A stretch of 64,000 nt of DNA from an uncultured Chitinophagales bacterium (GTDB taxonomy: Bacteria; Bacteroidota; Bacteroidia; Chitinophagales; S012-47), in the NCBI GenBank assembly GCA_964422925.1, contig CAYRDC010000002.1, positions 3,719-67,718 on the forward strand, in the 5' to 3' direction. The position numbers were made by a program, and so were the translations under genes. The notes under the pieces were generated by a model. The model did no database searches and was not told the DNA's origin. It was given only the letters and a program-made list of their open reading frames with translations. Position 1 is the first letter of the stretch. Each line of letters starts with the position of its first letter. Below are positions 1 to 9,108 of the stretch, one piece after another.

Positions 1-1
1 C

Positions 2-3000
2 CTGCACCGCATCGATTACAACACCCTGAATGCAGCCTTGGCCTCGGCCGGCTACAGCCTGGCTTCCATCGACCCGCGCGACTTCATGCTGTTTCACAAC
101 GGGGAACAGCAGTATATCTACATCAAAGGCGAGGATGACGGGAAATTTGACGGGTCCGACTTCCTGGAATTTTTCGGGGAAAAAAATGACGGCTGGCTGG
201 ATGGCGAGCTGTATGCCACCGGGCAGCACCGGCCCAACCCGTACTACAGCCTCATAAACGACACTTCAGCCTACTACCTCACCTGGAATCCCAGCAGCCT
301 GGTGTTCAAAAAACGGGTGAACGTGGTTAGCAACGACCTTACATCGCCTCCACCGGCAGAGCCCTATTACATGCACGAGGAACTGCTGGAAATGCACGGC
401 AAGTTCCAGACCGGCTACAAGACCCTGGTACAGGGCGTATACCTGCTCGACAGCCGATACCAGGAAGGAGAGGGCTTTACCGACAACGATTTCAACAAAA
501 CCACCAAAACCTATAACCTGCAGCTTCCCTATATCTACAACAGCGGGCCGGTGAGCACCGCTTCGGTGGATATGCGGGTGGTAAGCATCTATTCGCAGGT
601 GCATGAACTGAAGTTTGAGGTGAACGGCACGCAATACGCCCAATTGACTATTAACGGGCAGAAGGTAAAGGATGTGCTCTTTGACGTGCCACTGACGCAG
701 CTCAATAACGGAAGCGGGACCGATGCTTTTTCGGTGACTTCTTACGGAAGCGGCAGTTCCGACAGGAACGCGGTGGGGTTTATCCGTGTGCGGTATCCCA
801 GGTATTTCAATTTCGGCAATGCGACATCCTGGCATTTCCGGATTGCCGGCACCCCGGCTGCTGAACGGTACCTGGAAATCAGTAACTTCAACGCGGAAAA
901 CACTACGCCCGTTTTGTACGACCTCACCAATCACCAGCGCATCGCGGGGGTAGTGACCGGGGGGATTCTGAAATTCAATATCCCGGTTCATTCGGCCGAC
1001 ACGCTGGATTTGTTTGTCAGCAACCAGGCCAGCGCCATTTATCCGGTCAGCAGCTTGGAGGAAGTGCATTTTGTGGATTACAGCGATGTGTCGAACCAGG
1101 GGGATTACATCATCATTACGCACCCAAGCCTGCGCAGCGGGCCGACCGACTGGGTGGAAGCCTACCGGCAACACCGGGCCAGCGCGGCCGGGGGCGGATA
1201 CAATGCCATTATCGTGGATGTGAACCTGCTGTACGACCAGTTTGCCTACGGCATTGCCAAACATCCCCTCGCCCTGATGCATTTTATACAATACGCCAGG
1301 GATTCCTTTCAAACCGGGATTAAGCACATTTTCCTGTTGGGCAATGGCTATGAATATTATGCCTGCCGGACCAATACCGTGAATTACAGCCGGAGCCTGA
1401 TACCCACCTTCGGACATCCCGGATCGGATGAATTGCTGGTCACGGACGGGCTGGATGTGACACCCTTTGCGTCTATTGGCCGGCTGGCCGCGCAAAACCC
1501 CGACCATGTACGGATTTATTACAACAAAGTGTTAGCCCTGGAAACCAACCAAAACGATCCGCTGCAAACCATTGAAAATAAGGAATGGATGAAAAATGTG
1601 CTCCATTTTGGCGGAGGATCCAATGCCGGGCAACAGGGCCTTTTCCGTAGCTTTCTGAACAATTATGCCAAAATCATTGAAGACACCCTTTTTGGCGGGC
1701 ATGTCACCTCATTTTTCAAAACCAGCCCTGACCCAATTCAGTACCTGGCTTCCCAATACCTCGACAGCATCATCAACCACGGGGTGAGCCTGATTACTTT
1801 TTTCGGGCATAGTTCCACCGGTTCATTTGACGTAAACCTCGACCGGCCCGAGAATTATGACAATTACGGCAAATACCCGGTGATGGTCTCCAACGGCTGC
1901 TTTGCCGGGCTGATTTACGGGGGAGGAGGCAGTGCCAGTGAAGAATTTGTATTGACCGAAGACCGCGGGGCCATCGCCTTTCTGAGTTCATCCTATTACG
2001 CGGAAGTTTCCTCTCTGAATGTTTATTCCGATGTGTTATATCGTTTTATAAGCCAGCGTTATTATGGCGAAGGAATCGGTACCATCCTGTACCGGACCAA
2101 ACAATATATCACTGACAGCCTGAACAGCAATATTTTTATTGATTTCCTGGCTGAACAAAATACACTCCACGGTGACCCTGCCGTGCGCCTGAACCCATTC
2201 CCGAAGCCGGATTATGCCATCGAAACCAAATACATCAAATTCGACCCGCCCGTGGTAACAGCTGACCTGGATTCCTTCAAGGTGAAGGTTATCATTCACA
2301 ACATCGGCCGGGCCATTGACACGGCCTTTAACGTGGATATATACCGCATCCTGCCCGACCAAAGCCAGGATTTCCAGTCGAAGCGCGTCAAAGCCACGCG
2401 TTACCGCGATACCATTGTTTTCACCTTCTTTACCGACCCGGTAAACGGCATCGGGCAAAACCGGTTTGAAGTCTATATCGATCCGGGCAATGAAATTCCG
2501 GAGATTACCACTATAAACAACTTTGCCACGAACGATTTGTTCATCAACTCAGACGATGCTTTTCCGGTCTATCCCTATGAGTTTGCTATCCTGAACCAAC
2601 CGCCTGCCTACCTGAAAGCCTCTACGGCCAATGCCTTCACCGGTAACCAGGCTTACTTGTTCGAACTGGATACCACCGAAGCCTTTAACAGCCCGTTGAA
2701 ATCCACTTTTTCCGTGGTCCAGCAGGGCGGGGTAGTGGAATGGAATAACCCGGCAATGACCTGGCTGGACAGCACGGTATATTACTGGCGCATCAGCCCG
2801 GTGCCGGACACGGGCAATACCTATAAATGGCATTCCAGCTCGTTTATCTATTTGAGCAATTCTTCCGAAGGCTGGAACCAATCCCATTATTTCCAATACC
2901 TGAAAGACAATTTTAACAATATCGTTCTTCCCTCCGACCGGCAGTTCCGGTTTATCAGCGACATTAAAGAACTCAAGGTGGTCAACGGTATCTATCCCTG

Positions 3001-4882
3001 GATCGACTGGTCGATCATAATGTATTACATCAACGGTTCGCAAACCGACCGCTGGGGATGCCAGGGTAGCGGGCTGAATATCGCGGTTTTTGATTCGGTT
3101 TCCGGCCTGCCCTGGTACACGGGCGATTATAATTTCGGGGAAACCGAATGTGGTTACAAGAACATGAAGTACGCCTTCCATTTCAAAACCAGCACCCAGA
3201 CCCAAAGGCAAAACGTAATCAATTTCCTGAACAACGGCATTCCCAACGGGAACCACATCCTGATGTACAGTTTCAACAACCCGCATTACGAGCTGTGGCG
3301 GGCCGATACGGCCGCTTTGGGCACCAGCCTGTTTGAAGCCATTGCCGCCCTGGGCGGTGGCGCCCTCGATTATGTGGACACGCTGGGCTATCCGGTTCCT
3401 TTCGTTTTCTTCTGCAAAAAGGGCGATTTGTCCACTGCCCAAATGGTGATTGGCGATACGGTAAACAGCCTGATCGATACGACTTTTTCATTCCAGGGCT
3501 TGTGGGACAACGGTTTTGTAAACTCCACCCTAATAGGCCCGGCCGAAGATTGGCAAAACCTCGACTGGCTGCAACACCCGTCCGATGGCAAGCTTACTGA
3601 CAGCGTTTCGCTGGATGTGTATGGGGTTGATTATTCGGGCAGCAAAACACTGCTTTTGCAGGGAATTACAACAGCCAGCACTCCGCTGAACAGCATAGAT
3701 CCCACGCTGTATCCATACCTGCAGCTCCGGTGGAATGTGGAAGACGATTCACTGCGCACAGCCGCGCAACTGGATTATTGGCGGGTGCATTATCAGCCGG
3801 CTCCCGAAGCGGCTGTGAACCCGCTGCTGGGCTATTCCATCAACAAGGATACCCTCGACCAGGGAGATAAACTGAAAATATCGGTCAAAATCCAGAACAT
3901 CAGCCCCTACGATATGGACAGCCTGCTGGTGCGCTATGCCCTGGTGGACCACAACAACGTGAAAACCACGCTGGCAGACATCCGGTACGATTCGCTCCGG
4001 GCCGGAGAAGTAATGGACGCGTCCTTTACACTCAATACCCTGGGTTACCCGGGCTTAAACCTGTTTATTCTGGAAGCCAACCCGGATTACGACCAGCCGG
4101 AGCAATACCACTTTAACAACTTCGCTATCTTCCCGTTTTATGTCAGCCGCGACAGATATAACCCACTGCTGGACGTGACCTTTGACGGGGTGCATATCAT
4201 GGACGGTGATATCGTTTCGGCAAAACCCGAAATTGTTATCCGGCTGAAAGATGAAAACCGCTACCTGGCGATGGACGATACCAGCCTGATCAATGTTTGG
4301 TTCAAATATCCGGATGGCTTCAAAAAAGCACTGAACTTCCAGACAGACAATGCGGAATTTTATCCGGCTGACACGTCCAAGCTCGCCCAGGATAATTCAG
4401 CCATGATAGTGATCCACCCGAAATTCACCCAGGACGGGACCTATCAGCTTATTGTCACCGGGCGCGACAAGACCGGTAATGAAAGCGGGGATATTCAATA
4501 CCAGGTGGGCTTTGAAGTGATCAACCAGGCCATGATTTCCAATGTCCTGAACTATCCGAACCCGTTTACCACCGGTACCCGGTTTGTCTTTACCCTTACG
4601 GGAGCCGAACTGCCGGATTACCTGAAGATCCAGATCATGACCGTGTCAGGCAAAATTGTACGGGAAATCGGCATGGATGAACTCGGCCCGGTTCATATCG
4701 GAAGGAATATCACTGAATTCGTGTGGGACGGCACCGACCAGTACGGTGATCCCCTGGCCAATGGCACGTACCTCTATAGGGTTATTGCCGTTAAAAACGG
4801 GCAAACGGTAGACCATTATTCCAATACCTCAATTGACAAATACTTCAAGCAGGGATTTGGCAAGATGTACCTGATGCGTTAG
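2..4882 (+). CDS. C25 (gingipain-like) cysteine peptidase family protein, 5'-truncated by the window edge, with T9SS-type C-terminal sorting domain
   Basis: The frame is open from nt 2 (LHRIDYNTLNAAL precedes the first Met at 38), so the gene starts upstream. Gingipain-type His/Cys contexts are present: ITFFGHSSTGSF (His codon 1808-1810) and VMVSNGCFAG (Cys codon 1898-1900). The C-terminal ~100 aa (NYPNPFTTGTRFVF...GTYLYRVIAV) resembles a T9SS CTD / FlgD-Ig-like domain. Confidence 0.8.
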   Translation: MHRIDYNTLNAALASAGYSLASIDPRDFMLFHNGEQQYIYIKGEDDGKFDGSDFLEFFGEKNDGWLDGELYATGQHRPNPYYSLINDTSAYYLTWNPSSLVFKKRVNVVSNDLTSPPPAEPYYMHEELLEMHGKFQTGYKTLVQGVYLLDSRYQEGEGFTDNDFNKTTKTYNLQLPYIYNSGPVSTASVDMRVVSIYSQVHELKFEVNGTQYAQLTINGQKVKDVLFDVPLTQLNNGSGTDAFSVTSYGSGSSDRNAVGFIRVRYPRYFNFGNATSWHFRIAGTPAAERYLEISNFNAENTTPVLYDLTNHQRIAGVVTGGILKFNIPVHSADTLDLFVSNQASAIYPVSSLEEVHFVDYSDVSNQGDYIIITHPSLRSGPTDWVEAYRQHRASAAGGGYNAIIVDVNLLYDQFAYGIAKHPLALMHFIQYARDSFQTGIKHIFLLGNGYEYYACRTNTVNYSRSLIPTFGHPGSDELLVTDGLDVTPFASIGRLAAQNPDHVRIYYNKVLALETNQNDPLQTIENKEWMKNVLHFGGGSNAGQQGLFRSFLNNYAKIIEDTLFGGHVTSFFKTSPDPIQYLASQYLDSIINHGVSLITFFGHSSTGSFDVNLDRPENYDNYGKYPVMVSNGCFAGLIYGGGGSASEEFVLTEDRGAIAFLSSSYYAEVSSLNVYSDVLYRFISQRYYGEGIGTILYRTKQYITDSLNSNIFIDFLAEQNTLHGDPAVRLNPFPKPDYAIETKYIKFDPPVVTADLDSFKVKVIIHNIGRAIDTAFNVDIYRILPDQSQDFQSKRVKATRYRDTIVFTFFTDPVNGIGQNRFEVYIDPGNEIPEITTINNFATNDLFINSDDAFPVYPYEFAILNQPPAYLKASTANAFTGNQAYLFELDTTEAFNSPLKSTFSVVQQGGVVEWNNPAMTWLDSTVYYWRISPVPDTGNTYKWHSSSFIYLSNSSEGWNQSHYFQYLKDNFNNIVLPSDRQFRFISDIKELKVVNGIYPWIDWSIIMYYINGSQTDRWGCQGSGLNIAVFDSVSGLPWYTGDYNFGETECGYKNMKYAFHFKTSTQTQRQNVINFLNNGIPNGNHILMYSFNNPHYELWRADTAALGTSLFEAIAALGGGALDYVDTLGYPVPFVFFCKKGDLSTAQMVIGDTVNSLIDTTFSFQGLWDNGFVNSTLIGPAEDWQNLDWLQHPSDGKLTDSVSLDVYGVDYSGSKTLLLQGITTASTPLNSIDPTLYPYLQLRWNVEDDSLRTAAQLDYWRVHYQPAPEAAVNPLLGYSINKDTLDQGDKLKISVKIQNISPYDMDSLLVRYALVDHNNVKTTLADIRYDSLRAGEVMDASFTLNTLGYPGLNLFILEANPDYDQPEQYHFNNFAIFPFYVSRDRYNPLLDVTFDGVHIMDGDIVSAKPEIVIRLKDENRYLAMDDTSLINVWFKYPDGFKKALNFQTDNAEFYPADTSKLAQDNSAMIVIHPKFTQDGTYQLIVTGRDKTGNESGDIQYQVGFEVINQAMISNVLNYPNPFTTGTRFVFTLTGAELPDYLKIQIMTVSGKIVREIGMDELGPVHIGRNITEFVWDGTDQYGDPLANGTYLYRVIAVKNGQTVDHYSNTSIDKYFKQGFGKMYLMR

Positions 4883-4943
4883 GATAGAAGCTCTTCATAT
4901 CACATTATTCAAACCGAAGAACAGAGCTATCAGCTTCTGATAT

Positions 4944-4983
4944 AAAAAACCGCCAAAGTTAACTTTAACGAGAACTTTGGCGG
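4944..4983 (-). terminator. Rho-independent terminator of the cytochrome/porin operon
   Basis: Perfect 11-bp stem CCGCCAAAGTT (4950-4960) / AACTTTGGCGG (4973-4983). On the minus strand it is followed by U6 (A-run 4944-4949 on +). It lies 50 nt downstream of the 5034 ORF end. Confidence 0.75.
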
Positions 4984-5033
4984 GCGAAGGATTGCATTTA
5001 TCCCCTTATTGCTATGAAATTGGAAGTATCATA

Positions 5034-5303
5034 TTAATTCGCGCTTTGAAGAAACTCAATGATTTTCTCGGTTTCTTCCTGGGTCAAGTTTGCACGGATT
5101 CGCATATGCATACCGATGGTTTCCCAATCTGTATCATTGTAGGCGGCAGGGGATGGAGTGCTGTGACACCTGATGCAGTTTTCACCCCATAATTGCGCGC
5201 CCGACTTCTGCGATACAGCCTCCCTTTGAGCGGTACAACTGTTAATCAACATTATTGTTATCAATCCAAGGAGTGTCGCTATGATAATGGTTAACTTTTT
5301 CAT
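5034..5303 (-). CDS. Small monoheme c-type cytochrome, probable lipoprotein
   Basis: 89 aa. Signal peptide ending LINSC (lipobox-like), a single CxxCH (CIRCH), and a downstream Met (GMHMR) as a possible axial ligand. Confidence 0.7.
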   Translation of the reverse strand: MKKLTIIIATLLGLITIMLINSCTAQREAVSQKSGAQLWGENCIRCHSTPSPAAYNDTDWETIGMHMRIRANLTQEETEKIIEFLQSAN

Positions 5304-5322
5304 GATGCTTCTGATTTAAATG

Positions 5323-6507
5323 TTAGAATCCTAAAGCCCAGTGAACAAATACACCTCTAGTAGTGGTTTGGCCTCCTGGCGAATGATGTCCGCCTTGGCT
5401 GTCCGTAATTTGATAGCTTACTTTAATCAGGCTTCTCCAGCTTAACCAGTAATTTAACCCAAAGGTGATTTGTGTAGCATTTTGTTCCCATTCTGCTCCT
5501 TCAGGCGCGTTAAAAACAGAGTACCTTCCGATTATTTCAAAATTCCTAAGCACATTGTTATTAAGCATGGATGGTCGATAACTTAATTGTGCAAACCATG
5601 CCTGACTTCTGTTGTCGAAGGTATAAGCTGTAGGGATTGTATCGCCCGGTTCAATATCATAATAGTTAGCCTGGTCCACAGCCGAGGTATTGAGCTGTGC
5701 TTTAATGTCTACCGTTCCTTTTATTGGGGAAATTTGCCTGACAAAGGAAAAATCGGTTGCATATAGAGTGGCCCCGACATTTTCATACAGGGAATCGCCT
5801 TCTGATCCTACCTTTCCTGAATAGGCAGAGAAACCTAATTCGACTGATGAATTGGAAAATGGCAGAATTCCGATACGCCCTCCTATGGCTTTATTATTGT
5901 TATTGTCTTCAAAATTATCAAACATAAGCATGCCGGCTTCTGAAGGATCAAGGCTACCATCTTTTAAAGTTGGGCCATTGGTTGAATACACCGAATAATT
6001 GATTTTTGCTCCCCCAATGGGGATGGCCCCTCGCAATTCTATCCCGATTCCAGCCATAGGAGTAATGCCATCATGTCCAAAACCCAAGGGCATATTTGAA
6101 AATCGGTTTATCCAGGCAGGATGAAGCCTTTCAACAAATGTTCCGAAAGGCAATAGGAATTTACCTGCTCTAATAATAGCGTATTTGTTAAGTACATAGT
6201 TAAAGTCAGCATATTCAAATCCGACAACAACTTCACCATTTTCCAGTTCAAATTCCAACTCCGCTTCAAACAACAACCTGTCTGAATGCTTGAATAAGAA
6301 GATGGGAGAAAAAGCGGTTCCTATATAGGTAGCTTCCTTCTCTCCGTTTATTTCCTGGTAGTTCAGGCCAGAATGACCGTACCCCCTTATCATGAATTGG
6401 GTTTTGCTGGGTTTGAAGTCTTGACTTAAAACCTGACTTGCCAATAAAATCACAAGTATACCTGTGCTTAATATTTTTGTTCTCATAGTTTCATGATTTC
6501 GATTCAT
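5323..6507 (-). CDS. Outer-membrane beta-barrel porin-like protein
   Basis: 394 aa. N-terminal signal (MRTKILSTGILVILLASQVLSQ), alternating amphipathic pattern rich in G/Y/F, and a C-terminal aromatic residue (HWALGF). The true start may be Met8 at 6486. Confidence 0.7.
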   Translation of the reverse strand: MNRNHETMRTKILSTGILVILLASQVLSQDFKPSKTQFMIRGYGHSGLNYQEINGEKEATYIGTAFSPIFLFKHSDRLLFEAELEFELENGEVVVGFEYADFNYVLNKYAIIRAGKFLLPFGTFVERLHPAWINRFSNMPLGFGHDGITPMAGIGIELRGAIPIGGAKINYSVYSTNGPTLKDGSLDPSEAGMLMFDNFEDNNNNKAIGGRIGILPFSNSSVELGFSAYSGKVGSEGDSLYENVGATLYATDFSFVRQISPIKGTVDIKAQLNTSAVDQANYYDIEPGDTIPTAYTFDNRSQAWFAQLSYRPSMLNNNVLRNFEIIGRYSVFNAPEGAEWEQNATQITFGLNYWLSWRSLIKVSYQITDSQGGHHSPGGQTTTRGVFVHWALGF

Positions 6508-6508
6508 G

Positions 6509-7120
6509 CTATTTTTTTCCTCCTAATTCCCTTATGTAATTCACCAACTGCCATCGTTGTTCCTCTGTGAATATTTCTTTGTAAGAAGCCATGGGCGGAT
6601 TGCCATTAGTAATTTTCCAGAATATGGCCCCGTCTGATTGTGACTGCACTTTGACGGAAGTCAGATTCGCAGGCCTGGGGGTCAGGGCTAAACCGGCCGG
6701 TCCATCGCCTTTCCCCTTATCACCATGACAAACGTTACATGTTGACATAAAAAGCTTCTTACCTTCGGCTGTGGCAGCAGGATTTCCGGCTAGCGGATTT
6801 TTCAATTTATCCGCTTCGGGAGGAGCTGTCCACCCCGTTGGATCCAGGGAATTTTCTGGTGCAGCCGAATCTTCCTGGATTACTTCAGAAGAACCTGTCG
6901 AATTACTGATTTCCCCTGTAAGATTCGTTACCACCGGGGTTCCATCTTGATTTGCATTACCTGTTTTTGGAGATGAGCAGTTGAGGCCTGTCAGCAGAAA
7001 GAACAAACCGGTTATTCCGATAAATCCGATAAATGATGGCAATTTTGATTGACGGAAAAATCTCCTTAATTCACTGTTGTTTTTTTCGTTTTCATACGCT
7101 TTGGTTTTTAGGTTAAACAA
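6509..7120 (-). CDS. Membrane-anchored or lipoprotein class I c-type cytochrome
   Basis: 203 aa. Hydrophobic N-terminus (FIGFIGITGLFFLLTGLNC), a low-complexity S/T/P/E linker, then a cytochrome c domain with CNVCH and PPMASY (Met ligand). The stop is 1 nt from the porin ATG. Confidence 0.8.
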   Translation of the reverse strand: MFNLKTKAYENEKNNSELRRFFRQSKLPSFIGFIGITGLFFLLTGLNCSSPKTGNANQDGTPVVTNLTGEISNSTGSSEVIQEDSAAPENSLDPTGWTAPPEADKLKNPLAGNPAATAEGKKLFMSTCNVCHGDKGKGDGPAGLALTPRPANLTSVKVQSQSDGAIFWKITNGNPPMASYKEIFTEEQRWQLVNYIRELGGKK

Positions 7121-7494
7121 CTATTATATGTCGCAATAAATGAATTAGTATTGTTGCTATTACGCAGACAATACAACGACATTTATCAAGCACGAAACTA
7201 TAAAAAAACGGATAATTACCTGCGAAAATGCAGTAAGAAAATTGTTAAAAAAAGAATCAACCGATCCTTAATGTCTGCTTCCGAAAAAAATGAAAATGTA
7301 AAGTATTTTAGCGCAGCCAGTAAGGCTATTCTCCTGGCCTGGTTTCAGAAGTGGTTGAAATTATTCCCTGAATGGTCCATGGATTATCGTGGGATTATTA
7401 TGTGTGACTTTTTGAAGATTCCGAAGAGATTTTTAATTGCAAATTATAGTTGCACGGGTGTTGATAAATCATTAAGCAGAGGTACAATCAAGGC

Positions 7495-8214
7495 TTAAAA
7501 GAAAACACTTGTATAGCGTTCAATTATATTTTTCATTTTTTCGTAGTTTTCTACGAATATTTTCTTTCCCTGAGTACTGATGATATGCTTTTGTCTCAGG
7601 GAGGAAATGGCGCGGCTTACCTGGGCGGCATTGGTGCCTGAGATATCGGCTATTTCCTGCCGGGTGAGGATGATGTTCAGGGATTTCTCTTTTTTACAGA
7701 GTCCAAACGTTTCGATAATATACAACAAGGCAAAGGTTACTTTTTCTTCCACCGTCATTTGGGTAAAATATTTTGTCCTTAGTTCGCATTTACGGAGTTC
7801 GGTGGAATAATACATCATGATAGCATAGAGGAATTCGAAATTTGCTTTGAAAGCCTCGTACAATATATCGTTGTCAAAAAAGCAAACCAGGGAATCGTCC
7901 AGAGCGATGGCTCCAATTGGATATATTTCTTCACTGCAGCCCCTGTGTCCGAGGATGTGACCATCAGTCGCAAGGCGTACGATTTGCTCTTTGTTGTTAA
8001 AGCCGGTGCTGATTACTTTCACCTTGCCCTCCATGATGAAGTATGCGCCAAACACCGGACTTCCTTCCATTATGATGTGCTGCCCCCTTTTGTAAGTCAT
8101 TGTGTTTTTCCTTTGACTCAGCCGGGAAATCCATTCAGGGGTGCATTGTTTAATTAAGCAATTGGTGTTTTCGCATTCCTTGCACTCAATTGATTTGCGG
8201 GTAACTATAGCCAT
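7495..8214 (-). CDS. Crp/Fnr family transcriptional regulator with N-terminal Cys cluster
   Basis: 239 aa. Contains a cNMP-binding-like beta-roll (GSPVFGAYFIMEGKVKV), a C-terminal HTH (LTRQEIADISGTNAAQVSRAISSL), and N-terminal C11-x2-C14-x4-C19-x4-C24. Confidence 0.85.
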   Translation of the reverse strand: MAIVTRKSIECKECENTNCLIKQCTPEWISRLSQRKNTMTYKRGQHIIMEGSPVFGAYFIMEGKVKVISTGFNNKEQIVRLATDGHILGHRGCSEEIYPIGAIALDDSLVCFFDNDILYEAFKANFEFLYAIMMYYSTELRKCELRTKYFTQMTVEEKVTFALLYIIETFGLCKKEKSLNIILTRQEIADISGTNAAQVSRAISSLRQKHIISTQGKKIFVENYEKMKNIIERYTSVFF

Positions 8215-8232
8215 ATTCTGTATCTTGGAGCG

Positions 8233-8397
8233 TCAGCAAAAAATACTCATTTTCTTCCAAAATCCTTCATATATTTTCCGGTTCTTGTTTTCTCCCTGCT
8301 TACAGGCCATGCAGTTTGGCTTTTGCAGGAGGCAGGAATAATTTCCCTCCGGAAATCCGGTCTGATCCTTTCGTAAAGTGCATTGGCATTCTTCCAT
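8233..8397 (-). CDS. Possible small Cys-rich ORF (54 aa), below the ORF-track cutoff
   Basis: Hand translation gives MEECQCTLRKDQTGFPEGNYSCLLQKPNCMACKQGENKNRKIYEGFWKKMSIFC, with 7 Cys. The stop is 18 nt upstream of the Crp/Fnr ATG on the same strand. No homology evidence. Confidence 0.2.
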   Translation of the reverse strand: MEECQCTLRKDQTGFPEGNYSCLLQKPNCMACKQGENKNRKIYEGFWKKMSIFC

Positions 8398-9108
8398 GCC
8401 CTTTCTTTGAAGGTTTTGAAAGCTGTTTCAGGTTACCGTTTTTGCGTGACATTCACCGGTACCTGTGGATTGCCCCATTGCATTCCAGGCTTTAGCGTTC
8501 AGGCTTTAGGTTATTAATACGAGGAAGGCACAATGTAATTGACAAGTTGCCATTTCATTGTAAGCGGGTACGGTGCTGTTCAATGGCGGTTACCGCAATC
8601 TAAAGTAAAATTACTAAAGTTTGCTGATTAACAAAACCGGGGAGAGGCTAATTAAGCAGAAATGCTATACGACCCCAAAGGATTTTCCCGAAAAGCCACT
8701 TGATACCATAATGGTTGGGCGTATAACTTTAATTATTCCGGCAATGTCATATTAAATTGTATGTAATGCTCTTTCTCGCTTTGCGCCCCGGTACTTCCAT
8801 AACAGAATGCTTGTTTTTGGGGAATGCGGGAGCCGCCCCTTGCTCGTTCTAAGTGACGGTATGTTTGCGTTTTTCATCGAAGTGGGCTTAAAATCTGAAG
8901 CGCTCAAACGGAAAATTCTTGAATCTTTATTATTCTCCTCGGTATATAAACAAACCGAAAAGACCAGAGCTTTAAAGAGTCCCCGTTTGGTAATGATATT
9001 TTTCTCAATTCTAAGATTGAGAAATGTACCTCTCAGTTAGCGTTTACACCATCAATTCTAAACTCCCTGGAATAATCATTTACCATATTGGATCATCTTT
9101 CTTTCTTT

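Noticed and set aside
266-1507. 413-aa ORF antisense to the C25 peptidase gene
   Set aside because: It lies entirely within and opposite to a well-supported gene. The composition is Gly/Pro/Arg/His-rich, typical of stop-poor antisense frames in GC-rich coding DNA.
7121-7494. Canonical FNR box (TTGAT-N4-ATCAA) upstream of the cytochrome operon
   Set aside because: Only half-sites or poor matches were found by eye, so no site is called.
7151-7498. 115-aa Lys-rich + strand ORF in the regulator-cytochrome spacer
   Set aside because: Low-complexity AT-rich translation on the opposite strand to the operon. It most likely lies in a promoter or leader region.
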